DNA from: a bacterium
Lineage (GTDB): Bacteria; Zhuqueibacterota; QNDG01; JAGLOF01
NCBI GenBank assembly: GCA_023139105.1
Contig: JAGLOF010000016.1
Span: forward strand, 959-64,958
Direction: 5' to 3'
Length of the DNA stretch: 64,000 nucleotides
The stretch's first letter is position 1; every line of letters starts with the position of its first letter. Below the pieces are notes generated by a model, which searched no databases, had not been told where the DNA came from, and saw only the letters and a program-made list of their open reading frames with translations. The translations under genes and the position numbers were made by a program. Positions 28,079 to 38,319 of this stretch are shown piece by piece.

Positions 28079-31000
28079 TTAAAACGGGAAAACATGTCTC
28101 AACCAGATACGTTTATCCTCTCTCCGTTCAGATAATAGTTGAGTATCGTACATATATTCCATCTCTAAAAACAAATCCGGCTTGATTGTATATTCCAAAA
28201 TCAAAGCATGACGCATTCCAATTCTACCCTCAATAGGATAGTGATATCTGTAACCATCATGAATCTGTCCCGAATAAGAGATGAAGAAACCGGGAGAAAA
28301 GTATTTGCCCAATGTTAACTTTGTACTCCGCAACAACGCCCAGGGATCCCATTCTCTTTGAGAAAGTCTGTTTAATTGAAAAATATTTCGACTGAACATA
28401 GAAGAAACATGTACGACATCGAGACCAAGATGTCTTCTTAAACCTTTCTCAATAGGACGAAAAATAGGCCGAAAGACTCTATTTTCCACCTGCATGCCAA
28501 GGGCCTTATATGCCCTTTCACGAAAATGTGCAGTTGAATAACCAAGAGAAGCCATTAGATCTGCCTCTGTGCGGCCCATATTAGGATTATCCGTAGAAAA
28601 ACGAAAACGCACTTTCTCCCAGGGCCCGCCGGACTTCTCAATTCCCGTCTCATCGTCCACAGATGTAATATTCAGCCATACGGTTGAAGGTACTCCCAGG
28701 GAATCGATAATCGTTGTAAAAGCCCTTCCGGAGATAAAGGGGCTATCAGCTCCTCTGGGAAATTCAAATACAATTCGCTCCGGCCTGAAAAGATGGTCAA
28801 GAATTTCTATGGTGCCCCCTGTAGATACCAGATGGCCATAAACCGACAGATCTCCATCATCGATGATACCATTTAAACTCAGGCTGCCCAGACGCTCTCT
28901 CAATTGGAGATCGACATATACATTGCCTACCGGATTATTAATACGCTTGAAATAACGAACATCTTTCATTGGGACTATAGACACATCAAGGTCAAGCTCT
29001 TTGAGAAAATCTACATTCGCGCCTTTTCCATCTCCGCCAAGGCTCAGAAAAGGATATGTCAACCTCTGTCCGGAGACTTCAAATTTTCCGTGAACCAGCG
29101 GATTAGATGATGGGCCCGTCAACATGAAATCAACATCCTCGGTCTTGCCACAGAAAGAGAACCAGCCTCTCTCATCTTTCTCCATAAGACCGGGTATATG
29201 AAGACGTATTCCTCTGTCATCAGTAATAAAATGAATTCTGCCCAGTCCGATATTCAAATTCGGGATTGTCAATGGTGGTGCAGCAACATCCATCTCATTA
29301 AAGACTTGCAGGCGCCCACCGCCAATATCAGCTTCAAATTGTTCTATATGTAAAAAACGCCTCTCCTGCTCCAGCTTCCCACGCCCGGCGATGTTTTTGA
29401 TCCGGCGTGCAACATCTGCAAGCTCCAATGCACCATCGTTAAAAGAAAAACGCGTACTGCCCAGCGTCCAACCCTCACGTATCTTACCCCACCTCATCAT
29501 CAACTCACCATTACTCTTCGCAGATTTTACAAATGAAGTAACATCTGTAAGCAGTCCCAGCACATTACCGCGAGCCAGCACGGAAATATCAGACTGATCA
29601 AGACCTCCATGGGCTACCTGTCCCCAGAAAAGTATCTCCAGATCATCATCACGTTCTATCAGGCCACGTTTTATTGAGAGTAATCCCGAAGGAAAAGCAT
29701 GCTCCTTTGAAGTAGTATCAGCAAGCTCCATCACCAGACGCTTGAATCCAAAAGGCCCTACTGCACCATTCTCAAGTGAAAGTTCCCCATTAATTACCGG
29801 AGTGTCTATGGCACCGCCAACATTGAGACGCACACTGCCACGTCCCTTTAAAACATTCTTTTTTCCTGTCAATGCGTAGACAAGGTCTCCCCAGTCAACG
29901 CGTTCACCAACAATGGTACCTGAAAGACTGTCCGATTTCTGCCGCGTTACCAAACCTGAAAACAAACGCTCATCATTTCGACGTAATTCAAAATCAAATT
30001 TTTTAAAAGTACCATTCTCTCGCAGGAACCCGGCTTCTCCCTCATATAAGTTTTCTGAATAAAAACTTCCATTTCCAAGTTTTAAATCAACACGTATTCT
30101 TGGATTGTCTATGTCTCCCGACCATGTAATACCACCATCCAGATCGCCGGAATACGGAAGTAATTCTGAAAAAGCTCCATGCAGATCACTGAGTTTAAAA
30201 TCATTTAAAGCAAGTGTTCCCAGCTGCGGAACCCTGGTACTCAAGGGAAGCTCACCTTTAAATTTAATAAAATCTTCTATACCTGCTTTATGGATAACAA
30301 TACGCCCATCTTTATTCACTGCATTAATATGCCAATGGACAGGTTGATTATCGTCTCCATAGTAGCGACCACTTAGATTAAAGGGGCGCAAAGAATCCTC
30401 ATAAGAATTCAACGAAAAGTCAACAACAGTCCTTAGCCCCATCTCTCCGGGTCTATCACCTTGCCCCTCAACTCTCCAATTTTCCGGTATACCGGAAAAA
30501 CTTCCTGCCATTCTAACATTTTCAAGATACGTGGCAACGCCTTCACCTGTGAGCGGAAGTAGCAACCGCTCAATACCCTGTGCAGAGACCTGCCATGCAA
30601 GCTCTTCAGAGTAGAGGTTGATTATTTCTCCATGTGCCTCAAACGGCCCGTTTGAATGAACGGTTAAATGAGCCGAACGATCTTGATAGTTTAAACGCGG
30701 AAATATTTTTAAACTGTCACCGGAAGTAAAATGCGGTACAACACATCCGTCTCCAATGCCGTGCATATGTTTAATCGGCCCTTTTAGGGCAATACCCCAA
30801 TCGAGGCGACAATAAGGAATAAGCTCACTGACCGCAGACGGAAAGAGCCTTGATGCATCTCCATTGAGCCTGACCTCTACATTTGTATAAAGCGAGTCCG
30901 AATGCAGGTCTATCGCACCATCCATAATCAGACTGATACTGCCAATTTGTTTTCCGGCGCCGGAAAATGACAGCTGACCGCCGGACAAATCAACATGAGA

Positions 31001-32143
31001 TTTAAAACTATCCATCGGGATTGAATAAATAGAAAGCCCCTGCCCTGAAAGCGATGCACTTACTTGAGGAGAGGTAATAGGACCGACTACAGAGACCCGA
31101 ACATTGGCATTACCATAAATGCGGGGAGCACCCTCGTTCATGAGTACAGAGAAAAATGGTTGAAGGTGGAATTCCGGTATAGAAATCTCTGCATCAATAA
31201 TCGGATCAAGAATAGAGCTAATCCGGCCCTCCAGAGTCACCCGTGAATTATTAAACCTGTCAACAGTTGCAGAAACAGCCAGGCCTCCATCTATGATACG
31301 GGCATCCATCTGAATGGATTCAAATACCAAATTTGCCTGGGCCAGTCTGAAATCAGCATCACGCAATCTGATGAATCCACCTGCACCAACACTTTTTTCA
31401 TAGGTAATTTCACCATCAAGACGACCGCTGCTCACCTGGATATAATCGGGCAGAATAAAGGGGAGTTGCTCTGCCGGTTCTGAATCCAAAACCTCTGCAT
31501 TACACCATATCATGCGACCGGCAAGCAGATTCACTCTTCCGTCAATCTTGACATTTTCATCAGGTGAATTAAAAATATGACCATCCAGCCTGATCTGAGC
31601 AGAATCCGGCGGCGCAGCATGCATCCAGCCGTTTAAGTCATGGCCAAGACGTGTTCTCCTGCCGGTCGAATCTTCGACGATAATTCTGGCGTCAACCAAG
31701 GTAATTCGCCGCACACCCAACACTTCTGCGGCAATTGATTGAAGATCAACAACTGCTGTTGATGTATCTGATACACTTGAGGTTGTTTTATATGGTCTGA
31801 TTATCAAAGAGGGCCGTATAATAATGGCATCATGGGGAATACGGTGAGGGACAAAACCATAACGTATTAAATTGAACAGACTATAACCAAGACAGATTTC
31901 ATCTATCTCTAGACGGAAAGAATTATCCTTGGGCACTACCGTAACATCCCTGAAATGAATGCTGGACAACCTGACATCCATATTAACGATCTGTGTCTCT
32001 TCAGAGAGATAGGGACGCACTCCATCCAGAATGAGCGTTTTTATACGCTCATTGGCTGCTGTCAACCGCCAGCTGACATAACCTGCGGCTACAAAAGCGA
32101 CTAATGAACCTGCCAGGATAAGAATCCATTTACGAGTACGCAT
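28079..32143 (-). CDS. tamB: TamB/DUF490-family translocation and assembly module protein
   Basis: Very large protein with an N-terminal TM segment; C-terminal TSTGGTIEILDHLFRPERIVFEFPRG... and DLMASLGY typical of TamB/DUF490. Confidence 0.8.
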   Translation of the reverse strand: MRTRKWILILAGSLVAFVAAGYVSWRLTAANERIKTLILDGVRPYLSEETQIVNMDVRLSSIHFRDVTVVPKDNSFRLEIDEICLGYSLFNLIRYGFVPHRIPHDAIIIRPSLIIRPYKTTSSVSDTSTAVVDLQSIAAEVLGVRRITLVDARIIVEDSTGRRTRLGHDLNGWMHAAPPDSAQIRLDGHIFNSPDENVKIDGRVNLLAGRMIWCNAEVLDSEPAEQLPFILPDYIQVSSGRLDGEITYEKSVGAGGFIRLRDADFRLAQANLVFESIQMDARIIDGGLAVSATVDRFNNSRVTLEGRISSILDPIIDAEISIPEFHLQPFFSVLMNEGAPRIYGNANVRVSVVGPITSPQVSASLSGQGLSIYSIPMDSFKSHVDLSGGQLSFSGAGKQIGSISLIMDGAIDLHSDSLYTNVEVRLNGDASRLFPSAVSELIPYCRLDWGIALKGPIKHMHGIGDGCVVPHFTSGDSLKIFPRLNYQDRSAHLTVHSNGPFEAHGEIINLYSEELAWQVSAQGIERLLLPLTGEGVATYLENVRMAGSFSGIPENWRVEGQGDRPGEMGLRTVVDFSLNSYEDSLRPFNLSGRYYGDDNQPVHWHINAVNKDGRIVIHKAGIEDFIKFKGELPLSTRVPQLGTLALNDFKLSDLHGAFSELLPYSGDLDGGITWSGDIDNPRIRVDLKLGNGSFYSENLYEGEAGFLRENGTFKKFDFELRRNDERLFSGLVTRQKSDSLSGTIVGERVDWGDLVYALTGKKNVLKGRGSVRLNVGGAIDTPVINGELSLENGAVGPFGFKRLVMELADTTSKEHAFPSGLLSIKRGLIERDDDLEILFWGQVAHGGLDQSDISVLARGNVLGLLTDVTSFVKSAKSNGELMMRWGKIREGWTLGSTRFSFNDGALELADVARRIKNIAGRGKLEQERRFLHIEQFEADIGGGRLQVFNEMDVAAPPLTIPNLNIGLGRIHFITDDRGIRLHIPGLMEKDERGWFSFCGKTEDVDFMLTGPSSNPLVHGKFEVSGQRLTYPFLSLGGDGKGANVDFLKELDLDVSIVPMKDVRYFKRINNPVGNVYVDLQLRERLGSLSLNGIIDDGDLSVYGHLVSTGGTIEILDHLFRPERIVFEFPRGADSPFISGRAFTTIIDSLGVPSTVWLNITSVDDETGIEKSGGPWEKVRFRFSTDNPNMGRTEADLMASLGYSTAHFRERAYKALGMQVENRVFRPIFRPIEKGLRRHLGLDVVHVSSMFSRNIFQLNRLSQREWDPWALLRSTKLTLGKYFSPGFFISYSGQIHDGYRYHYPIEGRIGMRHALILEYTIKPDLFLEMEYMYDTQLLSERREDKRIWLRHVFPF

Positions 32144-32419
32144 TTTTATATATGAGATTACGGTCTTTAATAGATTTACCGTCTATCTCATTTAACTCCT
32201 GCTGTAATTCATATTATTGAAAACTATACTAACTTAACCTGCGGTTTGCAAAGTGAAATGCATTAAGGAGAGACAAACTGTTATCATCCCCAAATACTTC
32301 AATCGGGGATCTGTAAAATTAAATACTCTGGCTTATATTATAGTCCCCGAAAACATCTACTATGTTCTTGTATAGTATTAGACGTTCGGAACAACTTGTA
32401 GTTCCCTCAAACAGCCTAT

Positions 32420-33184
32420 TTACCGTCCTTGAGTGACTTGATCACCCACAAGCCCAAATCGTCGCTCTCTATCTTGAAAAGCATTAATTGCTTTTAACAG
32501 ATCAGCCTTTTTAAAATCAGGCCAGAAGACAGGGGTAGCATATAGTTCGGTATATGCCAATTGCCACAGAAGAAAATTTGATAATCTTAATTCACCGCTG
32601 GTACGAATAAGCAGATCGGGATCCGGCAGGCCGGCAGTATAAAGTGCATCTGAAAAAACATCTTCATTAATATCATCCAAAGACAGACTGCCGTCTTTAA
32701 CCTTCCCGGCTATGCTGCGTACTGCATGAATCATCTCTTGACGGCTTCCATAATTTAAAGCCAGGTTCAAAGATAGTCCGGTATTGGCCGATGTCTTGAC
32801 AACACCGTCTCTCATGGCCTTGGCTGCATCAGGGGGCAGTCTGTCCAAATCGCCTAAAATACGCAGCCTGACATTATTCTTCATGAGATCATTTATCTCT
32901 TTCCGCAAAGTCATGAGTAATAACTTCATTAAAGCAGAGACCTCGTCAGCAGGCCGCCGCCAATTTTCCGTTGAAAATGTGTAGAGAGTGAGGGCGTCAA
33001 TATTCATTTCACCACAGAGTTCAACAATTCGCCTGACAGCTTTTACCCCTTCTCTATGACCGGCAACACGTGGTAGGCCTCTGCTCTTGGCCCAGCGCCC
33101 ATTACCATCCATAATTATTGCAATATGTCGAGGCAAATTTTCCGGCTCAAACTTCGGAGAATCTACGGTATTTTTTGATGTCAC
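32420..33184 (-). CDS. uppS: Isoprenyl transferase (undecaprenyl diphosphate synthase)
   Basis: HIAIIMDGNGRWAKSRGLPRVAGHREGVKAVR...TLYTFSTENWRRP...DLLIRTSGELRLSNFLLWQLAYTELY. Confidence 0.97.
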   Translation of the reverse strand: MTSKNTVDSPKFEPENLPRHIAIIMDGNGRWAKSRGLPRVAGHREGVKAVRRIVELCGEMNIDALTLYTFSTENWRRPADEVSALMKLLLMTLRKEINDLMKNNVRLRILGDLDRLPPDAAKAMRDGVVKTSANTGLSLNLALNYGSRQEMIHAVRSIAGKVKDGSLSLDDINEDVFSDALYTAGLPDPDLLIRTSGELRLSNFLLWQLAYTELYATPVFWPDFKKADLLKAINAFQDRERRFGLVGDQVTQGR

Positions 33185-33261
33185 CTTCTGCTCCCAATCC
33201 TATGAAAAACAAAATATAAAGTACAATTAACCTTCAAAAAAGTCAAGAACTTGTTTAGCTA

Positions 33262-33290
33262 TTGACAAGTCTGTTAAAGTTGCGTATTTT
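33262..33290 (+). promoter_or_regulatory. Sigma70-like promoter for moxR
   Basis: TTGACA (33262-33267) - 17 bp - TATTTT (33285-33290). Confidence 0.5.
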
Positions 33291-33327
33291 CAAATTCTAT
33301 TTCATGCTAATTAAGCTGTGGTATTCT

Positions 33328-34326
33328 ATGTCTGATAATCCATCTAAATCTTCTGATGCCCATCTGCTCCAATCACTCTGTGATGCCAGGGAAACTCTGT
33401 CATCACAGATCGCTAAAAAGATAATCGGGCAACAAAAAATAATTGACAATCTACTCATTGCCCTGTTTGCAAGAGGGCACTGTCTGCTTATCGGAGTTCC
33501 CGGCCTTGCAAAAACACTATTGATCTCCACACTTGCTCAAGCTCTGGATATGAAATTTAACAGAATTCAATTTACGCCTGACCTGATGCCCTCTGATATC
33601 ACAGGAACAGAAATACTGGAAGAAGACAGGTCAACGGGACAAAAATATTTTCGTTTTATCAAAGGTCCTGTTTTTTCACAGATACTCTTGGCAGATGAGA
33701 TCAACAGAACGCCTCCGAAAACGCAGGCCGCCCTCCTTCAGGCAATGCAGGAGTATCAGGTTAGTGCTGCTGGAGAGACTCATATTCTGGACAAACCCTT
33801 TTTTGTGCTGGCAACACAAAATCCAATAGAACAAGAAGGAACATACCCGCTACCCGAGGCACAATTAGATCGCTTCTTCTTTAGCCTTTGGATTGACTAT
33901 CCCCAAAGAGACGAAGAAGTACAAATTGTCAGCTCCACGACAAAAGAAGAGACTGCGGCAGTCAAGGCTGTACTTAACGGAGAGACTATAGTGCGGCTTC
34001 AGGAGCTGGTGAGAAGAATTCCTGTGGCTCAACCTGTTGTGGAATATGCCGTTGATCTGGTCAGAAAAACACGCCCCCATGAACATAACACTCCAGCATT
34101 CATTCGTAAAGGTATTCGATGGGGTGCAGGGCCCAGAGCGGCTCAATCTCTCATTTTGGCCGCAAAAAGCCGTGCAGCACTAAACGGAAGAGGCACACCT
34201 GATATAGATGATGTACGTGAAGCGGCAATTCCTGTTCTTCGCCATAGACTTGTACTTACATTCAGCGCAGAGGCCGATGGCATGAGTGCTGTAGACATGG
34301 TCAATAATCTGCTCAGCACCACATAA
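33328..34326 (+). CDS. MoxR-type AAA+ ATPase
   Basis: LIGVPGLAKTLLISTLA; RIQFTPDLMPSDITG; VLLADEINRTPPKTQAALLQAMQE; start refined to MSDNPSKSS, downstream of the promoter. Confidence 0.92.
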   Translation: MSDNPSKSSDAHLLQSLCDARETLSSQIAKKIIGQQKIIDNLLIALFARGHCLLIGVPGLAKTLLISTLAQALDMKFNRIQFTPDLMPSDITGTEILEEDRSTGQKYFRFIKGPVFSQILLADEINRTPPKTQAALLQAMQEYQVSAAGETHILDKPFFVLATQNPIEQEGTYPLPEAQLDRFFFSLWIDYPQRDEEVQIVSSTTKEETAAVKAVLNGETIVRLQELVRRIPVAQPVVEYAVDLVRKTRPHEHNTPAFIRKGIRWGAGPRAAQSLILAAKSRAALNGRGTPDIDDVREAAIPVLRHRLVLTFSAEADGMSAVDMVNNLLSTT

Positions 34327-34344
34327 TTTTGAAAGGATTTACAA

Positions 34345-34800
34345 ATGGGCTTTTGGAAAAATTTTACCGCTGATCTGACCGCTCCGGCTCAAGACAGTTC
34401 TGTTCCGGTTAAAATTGATAAAAAACTGGCTGCATGTGTGCTGCTTTTGGAGATGGCATATGCAGATGATGACTTTGGCAGCGAAGAGGAGACGGCTCTC
34501 ATACAAATATTAATGAATGATTTCAATCTCAGTCAGGAGGAGGCGGATGCACTTCACCGTGACAGTATAAAAGCACGCAAAGATGCTCTTGATTTATACT
34601 CCTTCACCGAAGCTCTCAATAAGCAGATGAGCAAGGCTGATAGAATTGGCATTGTTGAAAGGCTGTGGGAAATTGTATATGCAGACGGTCGTCTTGACGG
34701 CCATGAAGACCATTTGATACACAGACTGGCAGAACTGCTCCACCTTGAACACAGCCATTTGATAAACGCAAAACTTAAAGTGAAGCAGATGCATCAATAG
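34345..34800 (+). CDS. TerB-family protein
   Basis: LAACVLLLEMAYADDDFGSEEETALIQILM...IGIVERLWEIVYADGRLDGHEDHLIHRLAELL. Confidence 0.8.
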   Translation: MGFWKNFTADLTAPAQDSSVPVKIDKKLAACVLLLEMAYADDDFGSEEETALIQILMNDFNLSQEEADALHRDSIKARKDALDLYSFTEALNKQMSKADRIGIVERLWEIVYADGRLDGHEDHLIHRLAELLHLEHSHLINAKLKVKQMHQ

Positions 34801-34811
34801 CAGCTATTCTT

Positions 34812-36245
34812 ATGGAGAATGTAATGCATAGAAAGACAAAAATTGTCTGTACTATCGGCCCGGCTACACGTTCGACCCGGCAGATCGAAGCACTGATAAA
34901 AGCAGGAATGAATGTTGCACGTCTGAATTTTTCTCATGAAGATCATGAGGCGCACGGCAAGGCCATCACCATAATACGCCAAAAAGCAAAAGAACTTGGC
35001 AAATCTGTAGCAATATTACAAGATCTTGCAGGCCCAAAAATACGAACAGGTAAGCTACTCAACGGACCAATCCTGCTTAAGGCCGGTGCATCTTTCATAC
35101 TTACCAGCCGCCAGGTTGATGGAGACATAAATGAAGTTGGCTTGACTTACAAGGGTCTTCCGGGAGATGTTAATCGTGGCGACACACTACTTCTGGCCGA
35201 TGGCGCAATTGAGCTGGAAATTTCAGATATTAAAGATACTGACATTCACTGCAAGGTCATTGTTGGCGGTTCCATGGGTTCAAACAAGGGAATTAACTTG
35301 CCGGACTCTACTATAGCCGCACCTATTCTCAGCAGCAAGGACAAGGCAGACCTGGCCTACGGACTTTCGCAGGATGTCGACTATATTGCACTCTCTTTTG
35401 TCAGAAACGCGGCAGATGTTATTTCCGTGCGAAAAATTTTAGATGAAGCTGATTCTGATACCCGTCTGATTGCTAAAATAGAAAAGCACGAGGCATTAAA
35501 CAGCATTGACGAGATACTGCCCCACGTTGATGCCATAATGGTTGCACGGGGTGACCTGGGCGTAGAAATCCCCATAGAACAGATACCTCGCAGTCAAAAA
35601 TATTTAATTGCCAAGGCTAATGCAGCCGGCAAACCCGTAATTACAGCGACACAAATGCTCATGTCCATGGTATCCAGCCCCAGACCTACACGGGCCGAAG
35701 TTACAGATGTTGCAAATGCTATTTTAGACGGTGCCGATGCAGTAATGCTCTCAGAGGAATCTGCTGTAGGTAAATACCCCATATTAGCGGTAGAAATGCT
35801 GAACAAGATAGCTCGCCAGACAGAGGCAACTTTCCCATTTACAAAATTCAGAGAGAGATACGACAAGACCGAACTTCTCACTCATCAGGAAGCAGTAGCA
35901 TCGTCTGCCTGCCGGTTGGCCGAGGCAATAGGTGCATCGGCAATTGCTACCTCAACCATGTCAGGCAGCACAACATGCATGGTTGCCAAATATAGACCTA
36001 AAGCCCCAATTCTTGCCTTAACACCAAATAGCCGCACCTTCCAACGCCTGGCATTGGTATGGGGAGCGGTTCCACTCTTGATGAAAACAGTTAATAACGA
36101 TGAAGACCTGGAAGCGCAATGCCTGGATCTGGCTGTAAAAGGTCGCTATATAAAACCTGGCCAGAACATAGTAATCACAGCCGGCATGCCGCTTAATGTT
36201 ACAGGTACAACAAATCTGATTAAAATTGTCACTGCCAAAAAATAA
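34812..36245 (+). CDS. pyk: Pyruvate kinase
   Basis: KIVCTIGPATRSTRQIEALI.AGMNVARLNFSH; IMVARGDLGVEIP; AGKPVITATQMLMSM; start may be slightly downstream (MHRKTK). Confidence 0.97.
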   Translation: MENVMHRKTKIVCTIGPATRSTRQIEALIKAGMNVARLNFSHEDHEAHGKAITIIRQKAKELGKSVAILQDLAGPKIRTGKLLNGPILLKAGASFILTSRQVDGDINEVGLTYKGLPGDVNRGDTLLLADGAIELEISDIKDTDIHCKVIVGGSMGSNKGINLPDSTIAAPILSSKDKADLAYGLSQDVDYIALSFVRNAADVISVRKILDEADSDTRLIAKIEKHEALNSIDEILPHVDAIMVARGDLGVEIPIEQIPRSQKYLIAKANAAGKPVITATQMLMSMVSSPRPTRAEVTDVANAILDGADAVMLSEESAVGKYPILAVEMLNKIARQTEATFPFTKFRERYDKTELLTHQEAVASSACRLAEAIGASAIATSTMSGSTTCMVAKYRPKAPILALTPNSRTFQRLALVWGAVPLLMKTVNNDEDLEAQCLDLAVKGRYIKPGQNIVITAGMPLNVTGTTNLIKIVTAKK

Positions 36246-36264
36246 AAACCATAAGAGCTTAGAA

Positions 36265-36311
36265 TTTGTAATTTGTTATTTGTTATTTGTTATTTGTTAT
36301 TTGTTATTTGT
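36265..36311. repeat. Heptanucleotide tandem repeat (TTGTTAT)n
   Basis: aatttgttatttgttatttgttatttgttatttgttatttgt, read directly. Confidence 0.9.
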
Positions 36312-36362
36312 GCTTTGTGCATATTATTTATAATTTTTATACTCGTAAGTGAGGCATATAAA

Positions 36363-37742
36363 ATGAAACGAAATTATATGATCCCTGCTATACTAATCAT
36401 ACTCTCTTTCTGCTTTGCACCGCTTGTGTCTGCCCCTGCACCACAAGATCTACAGACAGTGATACAAGATGTAAATATTGATTCTTTGATGCTCTATGTA
36501 GCTCATTTAAGTGGTCATACTACATACATGAATAACGGTGTTGCAGATACCATACTCACGCGATATAGTTATAGTCCTGAAATAATTAAGGCCAAAGACT
36601 ACCTGGTGAATCGCCTGGAACAATGTGGATATACAGTAGATCTACATGAATTCAGTTTAACCGGCAAGGCTAATCCCTCAGAGACAGGCGAAATGTGCCA
36701 GGGCTGGCCGCCAATAAATTCTGACTACCATGAGGAAAACACGGGCGCATTATATAAAACTGCGCTTGTTTTGGACAACATTATCGCTGAAAAGATTGGC
36801 ACAACATACCCGGAGCAATACTACTATTTCATCGCACATTATGATTCTCGTGCTGAAAATCACACCAATGGGATGCTCTACGCACCCGGAGCAGATGACA
36901 ATGCCAGCGGTACGGCCACTGTACTGGAAGCTGCCAGACTATTGGCCGAGTCCGACATACTCTATTCAATAAAATTTATTCTCTTTTCAGGGGAAGAGCA
37001 AGGGCTATGGGGCAGTAAAGCATATGCCGCATGGGCCAGAGATAATAATGAAGATATCATGGCTGTAATAAATATTGACATGATCGCCTACAACATAATC
37101 AGCGATAATTTTGTTAATTGTCAACTACATGCCGGTTACTATAACTCCTCTTTTGAACTGGCCGAAAAGATGAGCCAGAACATCCATTCATGGAGTATAG
37201 ATCTAGGCTCCATAATTCTCACAGATGACGCTGCATCAGACAGGAGCGACCACGCCCCGTTTTGGGACATCGGCAAGACGGCTGTCTTTGTCTCCGAAGA
37301 CTGGCAGTGGAGCTATAATCCCAACTATCATACGGTGAGAGACGAGTACTCTACTTTAAATCCTTCATACTTCCATAAAAATGCACAACTTTGTATTGGA
37401 ACGCTCTACCAACTTGCTACATCCAGTCCTCAAACCGGTGTACGCTCTACTCTTAAGCCTTCGGCATCATTCTCCCTTGATGAACCATATCCCAATCCTT
37501 TTAATCCGCAAGTGAATATTTCCTGGACCAAGACAGGCAATTCCCGTGTTGAGATTAGAATATATGATATTTTAGGAAGGCTTATAAAAAAACTGGAAAG
37601 TGACTCCGGAGAATCAGGAATAAGCAACACAACCTGGAATGGCATAGGCGGAGATGGCGTAGATGCAGCATCCGGAATTTACTTTGTAAAAGCGACATCA
37701 GATGGTTACACACAGATCAAAAAAATATTGCTAAATCGATAA
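36363..37742 (+). CDS. Secreted M28-family metallopeptidase with C-terminal T9SS type A-like sorting domain
   Basis: YYFIAHYDSRA...GADDNASGTATVLEAARLLA...ILFSGEEQGLWGSKAYA; tail YPNPFNPQVNISW...IRIYDILGRLIKKL...G.DAASGIYFVKATSDGYTQIKKILL. Confidence 0.88.
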   Translation: MKRNYMIPAILIILSFCFAPLVSAPAPQDLQTVIQDVNIDSLMLYVAHLSGHTTYMNNGVADTILTRYSYSPEIIKAKDYLVNRLEQCGYTVDLHEFSLTGKANPSETGEMCQGWPPINSDYHEENTGALYKTALVLDNIIAEKIGTTYPEQYYYFIAHYDSRAENHTNGMLYAPGADDNASGTATVLEAARLLAESDILYSIKFILFSGEEQGLWGSKAYAAWARDNNEDIMAVINIDMIAYNIISDNFVNCQLHAGYYNSSFELAEKMSQNIHSWSIDLGSIILTDDAASDRSDHAPFWDIGKTAVFVSEDWQWSYNPNYHTVRDEYSTLNPSYFHKNAQLCIGTLYQLATSSPQTGVRSTLKPSASFSLDEPYPNPFNPQVNISWTKTGNSRVEIRIYDILGRLIKKLESDSGESGISNTTWNGIGGDGVDAASGIYFVKATSDGYTQIKKILLNR

Positions 37743-37876
37743 TAAATAAACGACCAAACCCCGGAGAGGCTTATTAAGTAGCTATTTCTCTCATTTTGCC
37801 CGAAAGGTATTTTAGTGCCAATAGTATTGATTCTCAAATTAAGTTCGATACATCACCATATGAGGATACTAGCTCC

Positions 37877-38118
37877 CCCTTTTTTTTAAAGGGGGTTGGG
37901 GGGATTTACTAATACTCCACTATAATTAACATAATAGAAACAAAGCATGCAGATTCAGAATCAATATGCCAAATGCAGAACGGAAGCTCTGGTCAGTTAT
38001 CCGTAAAAACAACTGTGCGGTTATCAGTTTCTCACACTAAACTTGATTGACTGGAATGTTGTTGCAAGTCTGATGATATGAAATCCCCCCAGCCCCCTTC
38101 TCAAAGGGAGCCAGATTG
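37877..38118. repeat. MITE-like unit bounded by inverted G/C-tract arms
   Basis: agctccccctttttttttaaagggggttggggggattt (left) versus the reverse complement of aaatccccccagcccccttctcaaagggagcc (right). Confidence 0.7.
37966..38040 (+). pseudogene. DUF559-family endonuclease-like remnant inside the inverted-repeat unit
   Basis: MPNAERKLWSVIRKNNCAVISFSH* resembles the DUF559 N-terminus (T.AE..LW..LR). Confidence 0.5.
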
Positions 38119-38319
38119 TTCGGAGATAATTAGATCTACACTGCTGCTTTTAAAGGTGATTGAGATTATTAATGTTGCAAAAAAGAGTTGACACTGCAGC
38201 ACCATGAAATCTCAATATTTATGCAAAGTATTTTATCGCCGAAGCAATAGCTTGTTATTTGGACTTTGCTTTTTGCTTTTTGCTTTTTGTTATTTGGAAT
38301 TTAAAAATTTGAGTCTATC

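Noticed and set aside
33185-33261. Replication origin at the strand switch
   Set aside because: No dnaA/dnaN genes nearby and I could not identify clustered DnaA boxes; kept only as a low-level observation.
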